A stretch of 64,000 nt of DNA, from contig JAQGDQ010000102.1 in NCBI GenBank assembly GCA_030141605.1, positions 244,212-308,211 on the forward strand, given 5' to 3'. This document shows positions 1 to 59,976 of this stretch, in pieces (the stretch's first letter is position 1; every line of letters begins with the position of its first letter). Under the pieces are notes generated by a model, which did no database searches, was not told the DNA's origin, and was given only the letters and a program-made list of their open reading frames with translations. The position numbers and the translations under genes were made by a program. The stretch comes from Tubiluchus corallicola. Lineage: Eukaryota; Animalia; Priapulida.

Positions 1-2
1 AG

Positions 3-47547
<47,545 letters not shown>

Positions 47548-47812
47548 CCTTACCTTTGCCCTGATTAACTTCTTTTACTCTAAACCGTTAAAATCAAGTG
47601 TTGGTGATGTTACCTATTGTAACTAACCTTTCTTGCTGCTGTGTGAGTGATACTCTTCAGGCATAATCATGTAAATAAGTGATTCCTATGCTGTCTCACA
47701 TTTGATCAAGCTAAACAGTCATTAGTTTTAACTCATCCATGAGGCATGGTTTTTTGACGTGTGTGCTGTTTATTACGCATAATGATTTTAGCGAAACATA
47801 AATAATCATGTG

Positions 47813-47818
47813 AATAAA
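47813..47818 (+). terminator. Candidate DAPK polyadenylation signal (another at 48761-48766)
   Basis: AATAAA followed by a T-rich tract 266 nt after the stop. AT-rich background makes this weak. Confidence 0.3.
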
Positions 47819-49542
47819 TTTTCTTATTTTTATTTTCTTATGTTGACTCTGCAGTGATCCTAACTGTGCTTCCATTGATGGTTTATATTTATCAAACAGC
47901 TTGTCTTCCTTATGTTGGCTTTCAGGGGTATTTTAGACTGCTCAGGTTTACTATTGTATTATACATTATAGTTGCTAATGAATGCTATTGCTAAATAGCA
48001 AACCTATTTTACTGATATTTCGTTTGCTTCAGTAATGATTTCAACAGACAGTGGCATGTGCTGTGAACAATTTGATATGGTGTTTAAAGCATGGCGGTCA
48101 TCCATAAGAAGGCAATGTGAGATGGCGTTTGTTTAATTACGACAAAATATATAATTAAATTATTGTTGCTTAATCCAGCCCTATGGCATTTGATTTTTCA
48201 TCTTTGTTCAGTACCACATGCACACTTTTAGTGAAGCTGATTGAGCTCATCTGAAGTTTCGGACAATTAGTAATTTTTGTTGTTAGTGTGTCAAAATAAT
48301 CATGCAACAAATCAACGTTGTTAAATTTGTCAAATTAATTTCGATAGAAGAAGAGCGTGAACTTGTTGGCTGTGAAAACTCCTTTGCAAGTGAAAGCAGA
48401 AGTAAAATCTATTATTTTTAGAAATTTCATAACTATTTTATTCATATTTGTTCATTCTCAAATTATAAATGAAAGGTAGGCAGTATTTTAAAACTGATGT
48501 TAGTTGCAATGCCATAGACATCTGTATATTATACGTTCTGAATTATAACAACTTTACGTAACACAAAAGTAGTTCTAAAATTCATCAAGAATACAGATAG
48601 ATGTAAGTAAAAAAGAGAGACTTGTATTTTCTTACATCATGCAGTCACGTTTTGTTATGCATTGTTTCTAGCAGAATCTTGTAAAGTTCATTTTGTATCT
48701 TGCCTGAGGTCCTTACATCAGCTTCGCTGTTGACCAAAGGTCACGTTACGTAGGAAAAGTAATAAATAAAAATATGCTTATAAAGAAACTAGCAAACATA
48801 CAACAAACCAGAATAACTACCAACGTTACAGTGGATCGAAACTTCATTAATTTGAATGAAATAATCTAAATTTAAATTTTTGCCAATGTTACTGGCGTTT
48901 ATTCATATTTTATAAATATAAGTTTATTCTATAATCGCTTGGAAATAATATTTGCTGTTATCAAAGGCACAATTTAGACAGACGGTCAAATGTAATCCAT
49001 GACATATTGATTATTACTATGCGTTACTGTTGAGTATAGCACAAGTATCTGGTTGTTTGTTGATCTAAGTTTTTATGTTTTACCTTGTTAAATTTTTATT
49101 TATGTATCTTATATTCTAGCTAATACTCTTATTTGATTGAAAATACATCAGTTTTACCACTTTGAATGTTGTTTGGACATTCATAATTTTTTTTACATAT
49201 AAAACTTTGATTGTGTGCTTTATGCCTATCAATACCATTTCATTTTGCCTAAAAAACTATATAAATATCCATCACGAGATGTCAGGTCATTAACACATAT
49301 TCACTAGATGGTATCTGCCGTCTTAGTTTCCAGTTAAAAACTTCATTCGTTTCAAGACGTTGCATAATAATCGCCTTCTCTTTTCAGTGTTTCTGTGCAA
49401 AAACGGGTTACTGTGACAACGTGCTAATTACTTCTTGCTAATTAGGTAGTTGTGACAATATGGCGTGACCTATACTTGTCAGTCAGTAATTTAAAAGCGT
49501 TGCGTTCCGGATTTCTAGTGCGCAGGTCAAGTGATGTAAAAC

Positions 49543-49580
49543 CCTTAAAAAGTTAGACCACCGAGCTATAAGGTTAGTCT
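49543..49580 (+). promoter_or_regulatory. Candidate pentraxin core promoter
   Basis: CTTAAAAAG ~30 nt before an Inr-like TTAGTC; TATAAG also at 49567. Confidence 0.3.
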
Positions 49581-49626
49581 CTATGTAGCTGCAGTAGTGT
49601 GATCTTACCAACTCTACTGTGAGACA

Positions 49627-50667
49627 ATGGCGTTGACGAAATCGTGTCTGTGTCTTGGTGTTGGCATTCTAATAATCAACATATCTTTGACAAGCGGCGG
49701 GACCAGCGTTGGAAAACACTTTCAATTTAACAATTTCGGAGGCGGATATGGTCACCGGCAACTGCCCAAGTTCAGAAAAGGCGCCAGCGGCTACGGCAAG
49801 AGACAGAAAGTGTCTCAGAAAGAGAAGGCAACTCGTTCAGACATTGATGCATTAAAAGGGAGCAGAGTAGAATGTTTTGACGTTGAAGACGCTGATACGA
49901 TGGTGAACTTCCCAGAATTTAGCACCACCAATTACATATTGCTGGATAAGGTCATAAATAGAAGACTAAACGCGTTCACAGCCTGTTTTTGGGCAAAGCT
50001 GGATCCAAGTACAGCAGATAATGAAGAGACAACGTTCTTGTCGTATGCAACAGCTGCTGAAGCAAGCGGGAATCAAGATGATGTTATTCGATTCGCCCTG
50101 AAAAACGACACTTTAGCACTTTACGTGAATGGTGAAGAAACAGGCTCTAATACTATAGCGCTTGACGCAAATTTAAGAAACGGTGACTGGTATTTCCTTT
50201 GCGCTCGCTATGATAACAGTGACGACAGCTGGGCTGTTGATGCCATAGACTCCACGGGTTCACGGTATCCGTCATCAGGGGTTTTTACTGACAACGTAGG
50301 AAGAATCAAACCAGGTGGCGTTTTTGTGGCCGGACAAGACCAGGACAAGCCAGGTGGAGATTTTGGTTTGATCCAAAGCTTTAAAGGAATGATGGCAGAC
50401 ATCAACCTATGGTCCAGAAAACTGACTGATACTGAAATCGACATTGCTGGGAGCACATGCAGAAACAGTGGTGACCTGTTTACCTGGGGCGATTACCGTA
50501 TGATTCTCAAAGGTCCAGATCTTGAAGAGATGTCATCATCGTGCCCACACGTTCCACCTCCCAGAATCAGAAATGTCTGTACGTTGCCTCAACACGACTT
50601 CGAGGCTCTCATTGATTTGATTATTCACTCTGCCAAATCTAAGCCGGGCAAAAAAACCGGCTATTAA
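49627..50667 (+). CDS. Secreted pentraxin-domain protein, intronless, 346 aa
   Basis: acaATGg start, hydrophobic signal peptide, pentraxin motifs AFTACFW, FLSYA, WYFLC, GGVFVAGQDQD..GGDF...QSFKGMMADINLWSRKLTDTEI, C..GDLFTW. Confidence 0.92.
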   Translation: MALTKSCLCLGVGILIINISLTSGGTSVGKHFQFNNFGGGYGHRQLPKFRKGASGYGKRQKVSQKEKATRSDIDALKGSRVECFDVEDADTMVNFPEFSTTNYILLDKVINRRLNAFTACFWAKLDPSTADNEETTFLSYATAAEASGNQDDVIRFALKNDTLALYVNGEETGSNTIALDANLRNGDWYFLCARYDNSDDSWAVDAIDSTGSRYPSSGVFTDNVGRIKPGGVFVAGQDQDKPGGDFGLIQSFKGMMADINLWSRKLTDTEIDIAGSTCRNSGDLFTWGDYRMILKGPDLEEMSSSCPHVPPPRIRNVCTLPQHDFEALIDLIIHSAKSKPGKKTGY

Positions 50668-50969
50668 CTTACATTGAAGTTTATTATCCTATATTTAAGT
50701 AGGTGAAGTATCTTTAGCTATTTGATACATTTGGTCATAACTTTTGTTCATATATACTATGTTGTTCTGCATTTACGTTATTTAGTTTTACTAAACATTA
50801 CTAAATGAAGTAGACTGACTAATAATCATTATTACAATTTTTTGTTGAAAATATTAATTGTATAAAAATGTACAAGTATTTCTATCTGGAAGGACGGTAT
50901 GCGTAGCCTTGGATCTGCAGTTTAAATGTACAGCCCTGTATAACTTCTATACTCTGGGGCCGGTTTTAC

Positions 50970-51100
50970 AAATAATAATAATAATAATCTTTTATTTATC
51001 TTTTAACACAAGCACAGTTATAATACAATTAATTTGGTAACAAAAATGTGAAGAAAGGGCAGCGAAAGACCAACTGGTCATCTTGTCAGCTGCCCTTTGG
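50970..51100 (-). mobile_element. LINE 3' tail with stem-loop and (TTA)n end; related copy at 52878-52920
   Basis: GGGCAGC..GACC..GGTC..GCTGCCC hairpin next to an (ATA)n tract. Confidence 0.5.
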
Positions 51101-51794
51101 TTAGTGATGAACATTTTTATAGGCGCTATGCTACAGTGTATTAGTGTTAGTACTGCTTATAATAAAAACTAAATTGTTACGAATGACATTAAATTGATAT
51201 GCTTATAACGTGTTAGTACAATTCCTACACAATAATAATAAGTGCATAATATAAAAAAAATCAAACTGAAATAAAAATCTGACAACAGAAACATAATAAC
51301 AATGGCAACTGGAATTTACTTTATAACACAAGCATAATTCTTAGACATAAGCAAGCGAATGTATAATGGAGTCATAATATATCATAATAATGTAAAAAAA
51401 TACAGAGCGTTTTTTGATGATCTGAGGTAACAAAACCGTCATTAAGTTGAGGACGTCGTTGTTACATTCATTTAACTATAAATAACGACGTCGTTATTCA
51501 ATTCAGTAGTTAAGTATAAAAAAGAAGTCGTCATTCAATTCAGTTAACCATAAGTAACAACGTCGTTAAGTTAGAGACAGCTTTGTGAAACTTTGATTTA
51601 GCATTTTGTGTGTAGCGAGTTGAATCAGTACAAAGTATTCACGCGTCAACATGTCACCTATCTAATAAAGTACTTTGTGTTTCTATGAGTTCGTGTGTCG
51701 CCTGCCGCCGCTAGCTTTTTTCTGTTAAACTATAGGCTTTCAACTTATAAAATCTCAGTTTGGTTATTGTTCATTATTTTTTCTTTGCTAAAAA

Positions 51795-52200
51795 AGAAAA
51801 TGGGGAAGATACATTATAGAGCATTGGAACTTGTCTGTAATGATCAGATGCAACTTATTCAACAATTTTGTACAACAAACCTTGATTAATGAACTTCACA
51901 ATCTCCTCGCAGTTGAAGTATTTAAAAACTTTGTTAGTTGAAGTATTTTACATAAAATTGGACCCTGCAGTCTGGATAACACATTCAGGATTAAATCTCA
52001 ACACTATAGCCTGAGATCAGTACATACTCTAGAAATTTCCAGATTATCAACAGTGTAACTTGGTTATTATTCTTTCTCTTATCAAGTTGTCAAACTGTGG
52101 AACAAATTACATGAAGAACGTGTAACGAGTAACAAATTCAAAATTTCTGTAAAAAATATTTGGAATATGCCTCCTGTGAACGTGTCGTATACTTGCCATT
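51795..52200 (+). mobile_element. CR1-type LINE 3' ORF2 fragment
   Basis: Degenerate KIHYRALELVCND..LAVEVFK..HYSLRS..SFSYQVVKLWNKL motifs. Confidence 0.7.
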
Positions 52201-53299
52201 TAACTCGTCGAATCACTTATAAAACTCTCAATTTGTACTTCTTAATATTGCAACTACTTTGTTTTCAACACTCAACTACTCTAGAAAAACGAATATATAC
52301 CTTGTTAAGCGGTCAATTAGCTTGAAAACCCTTATGTTGTAATAGTGTACATTCATAATTATGCTGTGTACAAAACATGTACACACTAAACACAACTTGT
52401 AGTTTAGTGTTAACAAAATATGTGTTACTGCCTCCACATGCAACTCTGTAGAGCATTGTAGAATCTGCTCTATCTCGTACATTGTGTGCGTTGTATTAGA
52501 ATTTTTTATCTTGTTTCACTTTTTAATCTCTCGGAAAATAGCCATTAGCTAATGTTGTTTTTGTAAAATTTCTACAATAAATAAAATTTTTACTACTAGT
52601 ACTACTACTAGAGTTAATTACACTCATAATTACCCCTGACCTTTCTGCAAACAAAGCCATTAGCTGCATACGTTTAAGCTTAAAAGGTTTGTGCCTTGCG
52701 GACACAAATTTCAATGATTGCTGAGTTTACTCTACTTTGCAAGCCTGGTAAAAATTGCCTACGGCTTTAAACAAAAAACCGTTCGCTTGTTTGTTCGTTC
52801 GATTCAAGTTAATACCTCAACATTCATTTTATACTACAAAATAATATAGTAGTATATAATTTCAATAATATTTGAGTAGGAGCAGCGAAAGACCGATTGG
52901 TCACTATCTCAGCTGCTCCTTTTTAAGAACAAATTTTTTTTCTTAATAGATGCAAACTTTTATGTGATAAGATAATGTCCATTAGTTTTTAAAAGGAAAC
53001 GACTTAAATGAGTTGCGCTAGAGATACTTGGTTTTACTAGTAATTACTATTTAAAAAAATTAACATTATAGAAATTGAACTAAAGTTACCATGGATAATT
53101 ACAAAGTATTGAAACATTAAATTAGAAAGTTGAAGCAGTGATAACAGATTACAACTACATTTAGTCTATCACGCACGAGCTCAAAATATAGAAATCATAA
53201 GCATACAATGAACTGTAAATAAAGTTTCATAACAATTCTTATTTGCTATATGTTTTAGATGATTTAGGCTGTTATGGTCTGTTTTGTATACATTTCTGT

Positions 53300-53850
53300 C
53301 ATGTATTGAAATGTAAGCTATTATGTCTTGTATATTGGGCATCATTTTCGAATTGAAGTTAGTAACCCTGTAGTGATCCAGGGTTTCTTAAACCTTACAC
53401 TTTCTTTTCTTTACAAGGTCTTCATGGGTGCATGAATGTTTAAAATAGAGGAGAAGTTTTCAGAGAAACTTGTAAAAGCATCATCAGTATCATAGATATT
53501 AGGTGTGTCCATTAGTGATTGTTCAAGGTCTTGCAAAAACGATTCTCTACTAAAATTTTTATTGTTTCTTATGGTAATTTACTTTTGATTCTCAACAGGT
53601 AAGCAGATTTTACGATTATAAATATTGGCAAGTGGTCAGCTACTTCACTAAGTATGACCCCAGAAAATATGCGATTTTCGTATGCATTTGTGTAAAAGTG
53701 GTCTATAAGTGTTTCTGAAGAATGAGTAAGTCAAGTTGGGAATGTTATTAGTGTTGTGTAGCGATTTGTCATATTCAGATAGTCATTTATTTGTGATTTC
53801 TGCTTATACTGCAATATGTTTATATTTGTGTCCTCACAGATGTGCGCTAT
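53300..53850 (-). mobile_element. CR1/L2-clade LINE endonuclease fragment
   Basis: ICEDTNINIL..FPT*..ETLIDHFYTN..SGVILSEVADHLPIF..HAPMKT..KPWITTGLLTSIRK, with stops and frameshifts. Confidence 0.85.
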
Positions 53851-53958
53851 CTGGCCAGATCTGTGTATTTAGGTAAGACATTCGTGCGTTCATCATTTAC
53901 TAACCAATTTTCGCTTCGTAGGGCTACATGCTGCTCACACGTACATGAGTAGTTTTAA

Positions 53959-54431
53959 AGTAAAACCGGACCCAATCTTAAACTGTAGGTCAGAACAATC
54001 TACTCTTTAAATACTGAAAGGAATCATCACACAAACAATTTCACGTTCGCACCACTAGTTCTTCGCGCTTACATGCATTTCGTCACTCGCAGGTTTGACG
54101 GGCACTAGCGCCTACATTTCGGAAACTCATTGCACAAAAAACAGGTGCTGTACCTCTCAGTTCAGTTATACACACTGAATATCTTACAGTAGCACAGTAC
54201 TTTAATTTTCGCTTTCGCAATCACGTGCAACACGCTCGTGGAATACGTTTGCTGTTGAAAATTATGTTAATTTGTAATGTCACGAATAGTTTAGCTCGCC
54301 CGCCATTAATTAGGTTTTTAATCTATTATTTAATTATCAGAAACGCTTTTACAGTATTAATTGTGTTAAAATGTATACTTTTTATCGGACTTGAAAATGG
54401 GGTAGTACATGAAAAATCATCCTGTCTTCCT
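53959..54431 (+). mobile_element. Kolobok-like MITE family A, copy 3
   Basis: TTAA|AGTAAAACCGGA ... ATCCTGTCTTCCT|TTAA. Confidence 0.75.
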
Positions 54432-55042
54432 TTAATAAACTTACCTTTAAATAGTCATAATTTCGCGATATTTAGCCTTCTGCTGTATGTTGCAATTATA
54501 AAGAAAATCGAAATTGCAAAGAAAAGTTAAAACAAAACCGAGAAAATGACAATTTTAAACATATTTTAGCAAGCGGGTTAAGCAATTCGAAGCCAATTCC
54601 CATATTTTGGCAAAAAAGGAGTTCACTCCATATTTACAATTATCACAAATTAAGCATGTAATGAGAATTGAAAAAATAAATAATTATAAACCTTCTGACG
54701 ACAAAACTCGTTTGCATATTTCATCTTTCACGTGTTAAGAAGTCAATACTTATGTCACTTGAAGAGTAAGTGTCACATTCAACATTAGTTTCATCTTCAT
54801 TATTACTGTCATGCAACTGACATACAAAAATTAATAATGTTACACGTCAACTGCCAATATTCAACTTCAAAGACCAAAGTAACAGTGACTTTTTGTAAAA
54901 GCCTTTGAAGATAGAGATTGTTTTTGTTCAAATATTTAAACTGACTTTCACAAATCCTTGAAGCTGCGGCACTTTTTAAAATCCGTAATCTACTATTATT
55001 CTTGTCGTCATTCGTTTTGCCCAATGGCTGCTGAAATGTGAA

Positions 55043-55412
55043 ATACAGACGTCTGTATCTATTGACCTATATTAAACTCCTAGCAATACAGACGTCTGTA
55101 TCTATTGACCTACACTAAACTCCTAGAAAAAGTGCTAACCTAGAAAATAACCGATCAGCTTCTTTATGTTGACATTGAATCTATTGACCTATATTAAACT
55201 CCTAGCAAAAGTGCTAACCTAGAAAATAACTGATCAGCTTCTTTATGTTGACATTGAATCTATTGACCTATATTAAACTCCTAGCAAAAGTGCTAACCTA
55301 GAAAATAACCGATCAGCTTCTTTATGTTGACTTTGAATCTATTGATCTATATTAAACTCCTAGAAAAAGTGCTAACCTAGAAAATAACCGATCAGCTTCT
55401 TTATGTTGACTT
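55043..55412. repeat. 79-bp tandem repeat (~4 copies) preceded by a 43-bp duplication
   Basis: ATTGA at 55104, 55183, 55262, 55341; the palindrome ATACAGACGTCTGTAT occurs twice. Confidence 0.9.
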
Positions 55413-56130
55413 TCAAAATGACCAAGAAGTTTATTACTGGACACTCGTGACTCCTGACGCTCCCTTGACGCTACTCGCCTACTCCTTGTCGTTAATAAGT
55501 AAAACAGCATAACCGTCGGGTGGCTAAAATCAAACACCTGCAGAGGAAAGGTAGTCCAGTAATTGCGTAACAAATAATGATTTTTAACTATTGATGGTAT
55601 TAAAATATTACATACATAGCGTTGTCACAAAAGTATTCCCGCAGATCTAAATTAACGTATGAAATCTGATAACTCACGTGCTGTGGTGCTCAAGTTTGCT
55701 TAAGCAAAGCCGGTCATCGTTTGAAAAATAATATCAGAGCAAATATATGAAAAAAATAAAAAATAATATTCTAAAAGCATATAGCCTGACCTACATTAAA
55801 TCCAAAACAACTAAAAATGAGACGTGTTTCTACTTATACTGTATCAAATTAATATCATTCAGTTTAACCATTAAGTTTGGTTCAGTACTTAGTCAATTTG
55901 GCGTTAGTGTTGGTAGCTGATCTTCTGTTTTTTAAACATTTTCTAATTTTTCTTATAGACTTCCATCCCATTCCCGTTGAGGAATTCAATCGGTTTTCCT
56001 GCTGCAAGATTTTCCAGTGAAAGTACATAGTCTTTGTAACAGTAATGTTCATTGCTCAGCTCCCTCGACACCGATTTATCTAACGTGTTCGTAATATATA
56101 TACGAAATTTCTACGATAAAACTCCAGCAA

Positions 56131-56233
56131 ATAATGATGATGATAATGATGATGATGCGATGATGATGGTGGTGGTGGTGGTAATGACGATGACGATGAT
56201 GACGACGACGACGAGGACGACGATGATGATGAT

Positions 56234-56283
<50 letters not shown>

Positions 56284-56290
56284 CGACGAC

Positions 56291-56365
<75 letters not shown>

Positions 56366-56444
56366 AATCATAATAATAATAATAATAATCAAAAGAAGAA
56401 GAAGAAGAAGAAGAAGAAGACGAAGAACAACAACAACAACAACA

Positions 56445-56493
<49 letters not shown>

Positions 56494-56580
56494 CAATAAT
56501 AATAGTAATCAGAAGAAGAGGAAGAAGAAGAAGAACAACAACAACAATAATAATAATAATAATAGTAATAATAACAACAG
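56131..56580. repeat. Compound trinucleotide microsatellite (GAT/GAC/AAT/AAG/AAC)
   Basis: In-phase triplet runs. Confidence 0.95.
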
Positions 56581-57092
56581 TACAGTGTTAAACGACAAGT
56601 TATTTACTTAGACTAAGCTACAACTTGGCCCCTGTATAGCAACTGATAAAAACTGCGTGTACTGAACACTCAAATAATTCAAAGAATACATGTAGGACAA
56701 TGACACTATAGCGAAAGTGATAATTTAATGATACATATATATCACTGCGCCTTTGTATATATATATATATATATATATATACGCCTTTGTTATGTCCGCC
56801 TTGAGCTATATTCACACATTGAAAGCTTTTGCTTACAATTTATGTCTTCAGAAATACCTTCACGTGACGATCTCTTTTTGGAAATCGCTGTCATCTTTTG
56901 AAACATCGTGAATGTTCTAAATGAACTACCCCTCGCCGATATTTAAAACCGACCCAACCGAGGGTACAATGGACGAACTATGGCAACTTCTGCTGCTTTG
57001 TGAAATATTACGTGCATGTGTAATGTCACATCAGCAATGGTGGAAACTAAATCCTGTCTACTGAATATAGTCATAATGATGTAATAATAAAA

Positions 57093-57932
57093 ATCCAAGC
57101 TAAAGCTGAACGGGAACAATACATTGCACACCACAGTTTACAGAACAAATGCAAGCTAAAGCTGAACGGGATCAATACATTGCACATCACAGTTTACAGA
57201 ACAAATGCAAGCTAAAGCTGAACAGCAACAATACACTGCACACCACAGTTTACAGAACAAATGCAAGCTAAAGCTGAACGGGATCAATACACTGCACACC
57301 ACAGTTTACAGAACAAATGCAAACTAAAGCTGAACAGCAACAATACACTGCACACCACAGTTTACAGAACAAATGCAAGCTAAAGCTGAACAGCAACAAT
57401 ACACTGCACACCACAGTTTACAGAACAAATGCAAGCTAAAGCTGAACGGGATCAATACATTGCACATCACAGTTTACAGAACAAATGCAAGCTAAAGCTG
57501 AACAGCAACAATACACTGCACACCACAGTTTACAGAACAAATGCAAGCTAAAGCTGAACGGGATCAATACACTGCACACCACAGTTTACAGAACAAATGC
57601 AAACTAAAGCTGAACAGCAACAATACACTGCACACCACAGTTTACAGAACAAATGCAAACTAAAGCTGAACAGCAACAATACACTGTACACCACAGTTTA
57701 CAGAACAAATCCAAGCTAAAGCTGAACAGCAACAATACACTGCACACCACAGTTTACAGAACAAATCCAAGCTAAAGCTGAATGGTATCAATACATTGCA
57801 CACCACAGTTTACAGAACAAATGCAAGCTAAAGCTGAATGGTATCAATACATTGCACACCACAGTTTACAGAACAAATGCAACCTAAAGATGAACAGGAT
57901 CTATACACTGCACACCGCAGTTTACAGAACAA
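57093..57932. repeat. 56-bp minisatellite, ~15 copies
   Basis: Unit GCTAAAGCTGAACAGCAACAATACACTGCACACCACAGTTTACAGAACAAATGCAA; period 56. Confidence 0.95.
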
Positions 57933-58858
57933 ATCAACGGAGCGTACGATAACAAAACATAAATAAGAGAATTTATAATAACAAGTAAATATGTCTAATA
58001 TTTGCAACGTGTGCGTATCTGTTATGAGTAAAAAATCCACAATCTTCACGCACAGCGGCAACTATAAGTGTGAAAAACTGACTGCCGGAAAATTATAACT
58101 ACATAAAAAAGATGTTTATATATAAACCAGTATCTTGTTAAATGATGAAATAACTCCATGATACATTTATTTGTTAATCCTCTTTTTGAACATTTCGTCT
58201 ACTACAGTATGTACAAAGTCAAAGTAAAACTATACTTTGATGTTTAAATAGTGAAAGGTGTGATTAGTACATGTTAATATACAATATCTTTAAACGACGG
58301 TAAAAACGGAAATTAAAAGTGCAAATTTCTTTAAATATTCGCTTTTTTATATTGCCACAGAAATGCTCATTTTTGTGACTATAGTGAGATGCAGTTGATC
58401 ACTATTTTACTAACATAGCTAGCGTCTTTCTGCTTTCGTTCAACTTTAATATACATTGCATTACGTTAATGTGAACCCTAGATTAAATTAGAATTCCAAC
58501 TCCAAAAGGGTGTGAACTTTATACAAGCCTTTAAGTTACCAAAGAACGACCTATGCTATTAATACTATCTAAAAGTGTTATGTTATTTAGAAGAAATTGC
58601 ACGAAAATGGTGCTCTGGTTTAAATTCTGAAAAACTACTTGGAGGACGCGTATGATTGATGATCCTTGGTCTCGCAGGACGAACACCCGGGATTGAAAGT
58701 ACCTATAGCCTTCTAGTGTCCAGTGAATGGTCAAGGCTGTTGGTATCTGCAATGACTGTGCGCATGTTCTTCTTTCCTCACTTCACAAGACCTACTTTAG
58801 GCCTACTTATTAATGGCCGTTATGAATAAATTGTTTTATTTTATGATAATAATTATAA

Positions 58859-59142
58859 TTAGATGAATGATACTCTTCTTGTCCTTGTCAAAGCTTGTCT
58901 TGCTCCTTTCACTCCGTCTCGTATTCGTATTCGAGGTCGACTTGCTAGCCTGGTGAAAATGTCACTATTCTTCACGAGATAATCTAGCAAGCGAGTGCTA
59001 CCTTCAATTTTAATATAACCACTTGCATATTTATTCACAATATCTGCAGGATCGTCGTACGCAAAAATGTAATCCAGTCTAATCCCTGGGCGAATGCCTC
59101 GTCTAGGTAGGGTGTAATGGACTATCAATCTACGGTTTCGAG
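58859..59142 (-). CDS. Tentative downstream, possibly terminal, exon of the mucin/collagen gene
   Basis: Strong acceptor ttcttttgttgcag|, phase 1, open RNRRLIVHYTLPRRGIRPG...RRVSFI*; no recognisable domain. Confidence 0.35.
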
Positions 59143-59369
59143 CTGCAACAAAAGAATCAAATTTATAGAAAATTTATAAAAAAAATCTTTCTGACGCATT
59201 TGTAAGTTATAAAAGTAATGTCTCTTTTGGACGTAGAAATTTTTTTATCTTTATACGTGGCACAATTCTCTTTAGCTTTGGTCATTCTGTGCGAAGAAAC
59301 TAGGGTAAGATCGGGTAGAGTACAGAATTCCAGCGATAAATTGACAGAAAGCTTTTTCATTTATATCCA

Positions 59370-59976
59370 AAGGAGAACACTGCCCTTTTAAACTGCAATT
59401 AATTGTTGAAAATGACTTTGTACCCAACAGTGTAGTGATGGAATGCTTATGGAGCAGTCTTAGTTACTTGACAAAATAAAGTACAAGAAAACCCTCCACT
59501 TACATAAAGCATAAAAGCATTCGTCTTGGAATTTTATACCACTTAAATACTGCCATTTTGCACACAGGGCTTGTGTAGGCAGTAACGCTGCATAAAACTT
59601 GTAAATTTAGACTCCCGTGATGATTGATGCACCCTGGAGGTGAGTCAATGACATTTTACCAATTGGTGAAAACATTTTGAATAATTAATAATTATCTTTT
59701 CTAGTTAAATAAGTCTTTCAAGCAGGTAAGCGAAATGCTGAGCAATATAACTTTGCATGGAAAGTTTTTTCGGGCATAATTTAACATTGCCTTTTTTCTT
59801 CTCCTGATTTAGGTTGTGCTCATATATGACGTCATGTAATAATGCGGGTAATTTAAAATGAAAACAAACAGAAATTCCTTTCAACGCGAGTACGATATAC
59901 GCATAAAATTGGTATATAGTAATATAATTTTTAAAACAATTTTTCTGAAACCTACTTTAGGTACCTTTTTTGTCCT
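59370..59976 (+). mobile_element. Dispersed repeat family B, copy 2
   Basis: Homologous to 43768-44548 but lacking ~170 nt; ends TTGTCCT|TTAA. Confidence 0.65.

Noticed and set aside
50208-50456. Antisense ORFs here and at 44662-45012, 40333-40593, 61424-61660
   Set aside because: Shadows of real exons on the opposite strand.
51054-51098. Possible hammerhead ribozyme
   Set aside because: No CUGAnGA plus GAAA core in the correct order on one strand; better explained as a LINE 3' stem-loop.
50954-51595. Possible Harbinger-like MITE (GGGGCCGGTTTTACAAA ... TTTGTGAAAC) split by a LINE tail
   Set aside because: The right TIR is incomplete and no TSD is visible; too degenerate to call.
56052-56591. 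Poly-Met/Thr/Ile/Arg ORF
   Set aside because: Compound trinucleotide microsatellite.
58575-58750. Possible stop-codon readthrough (..TRRL* VLSIPG..)
   Set aside because: Exon status is unproven and the frame is ambiguous.
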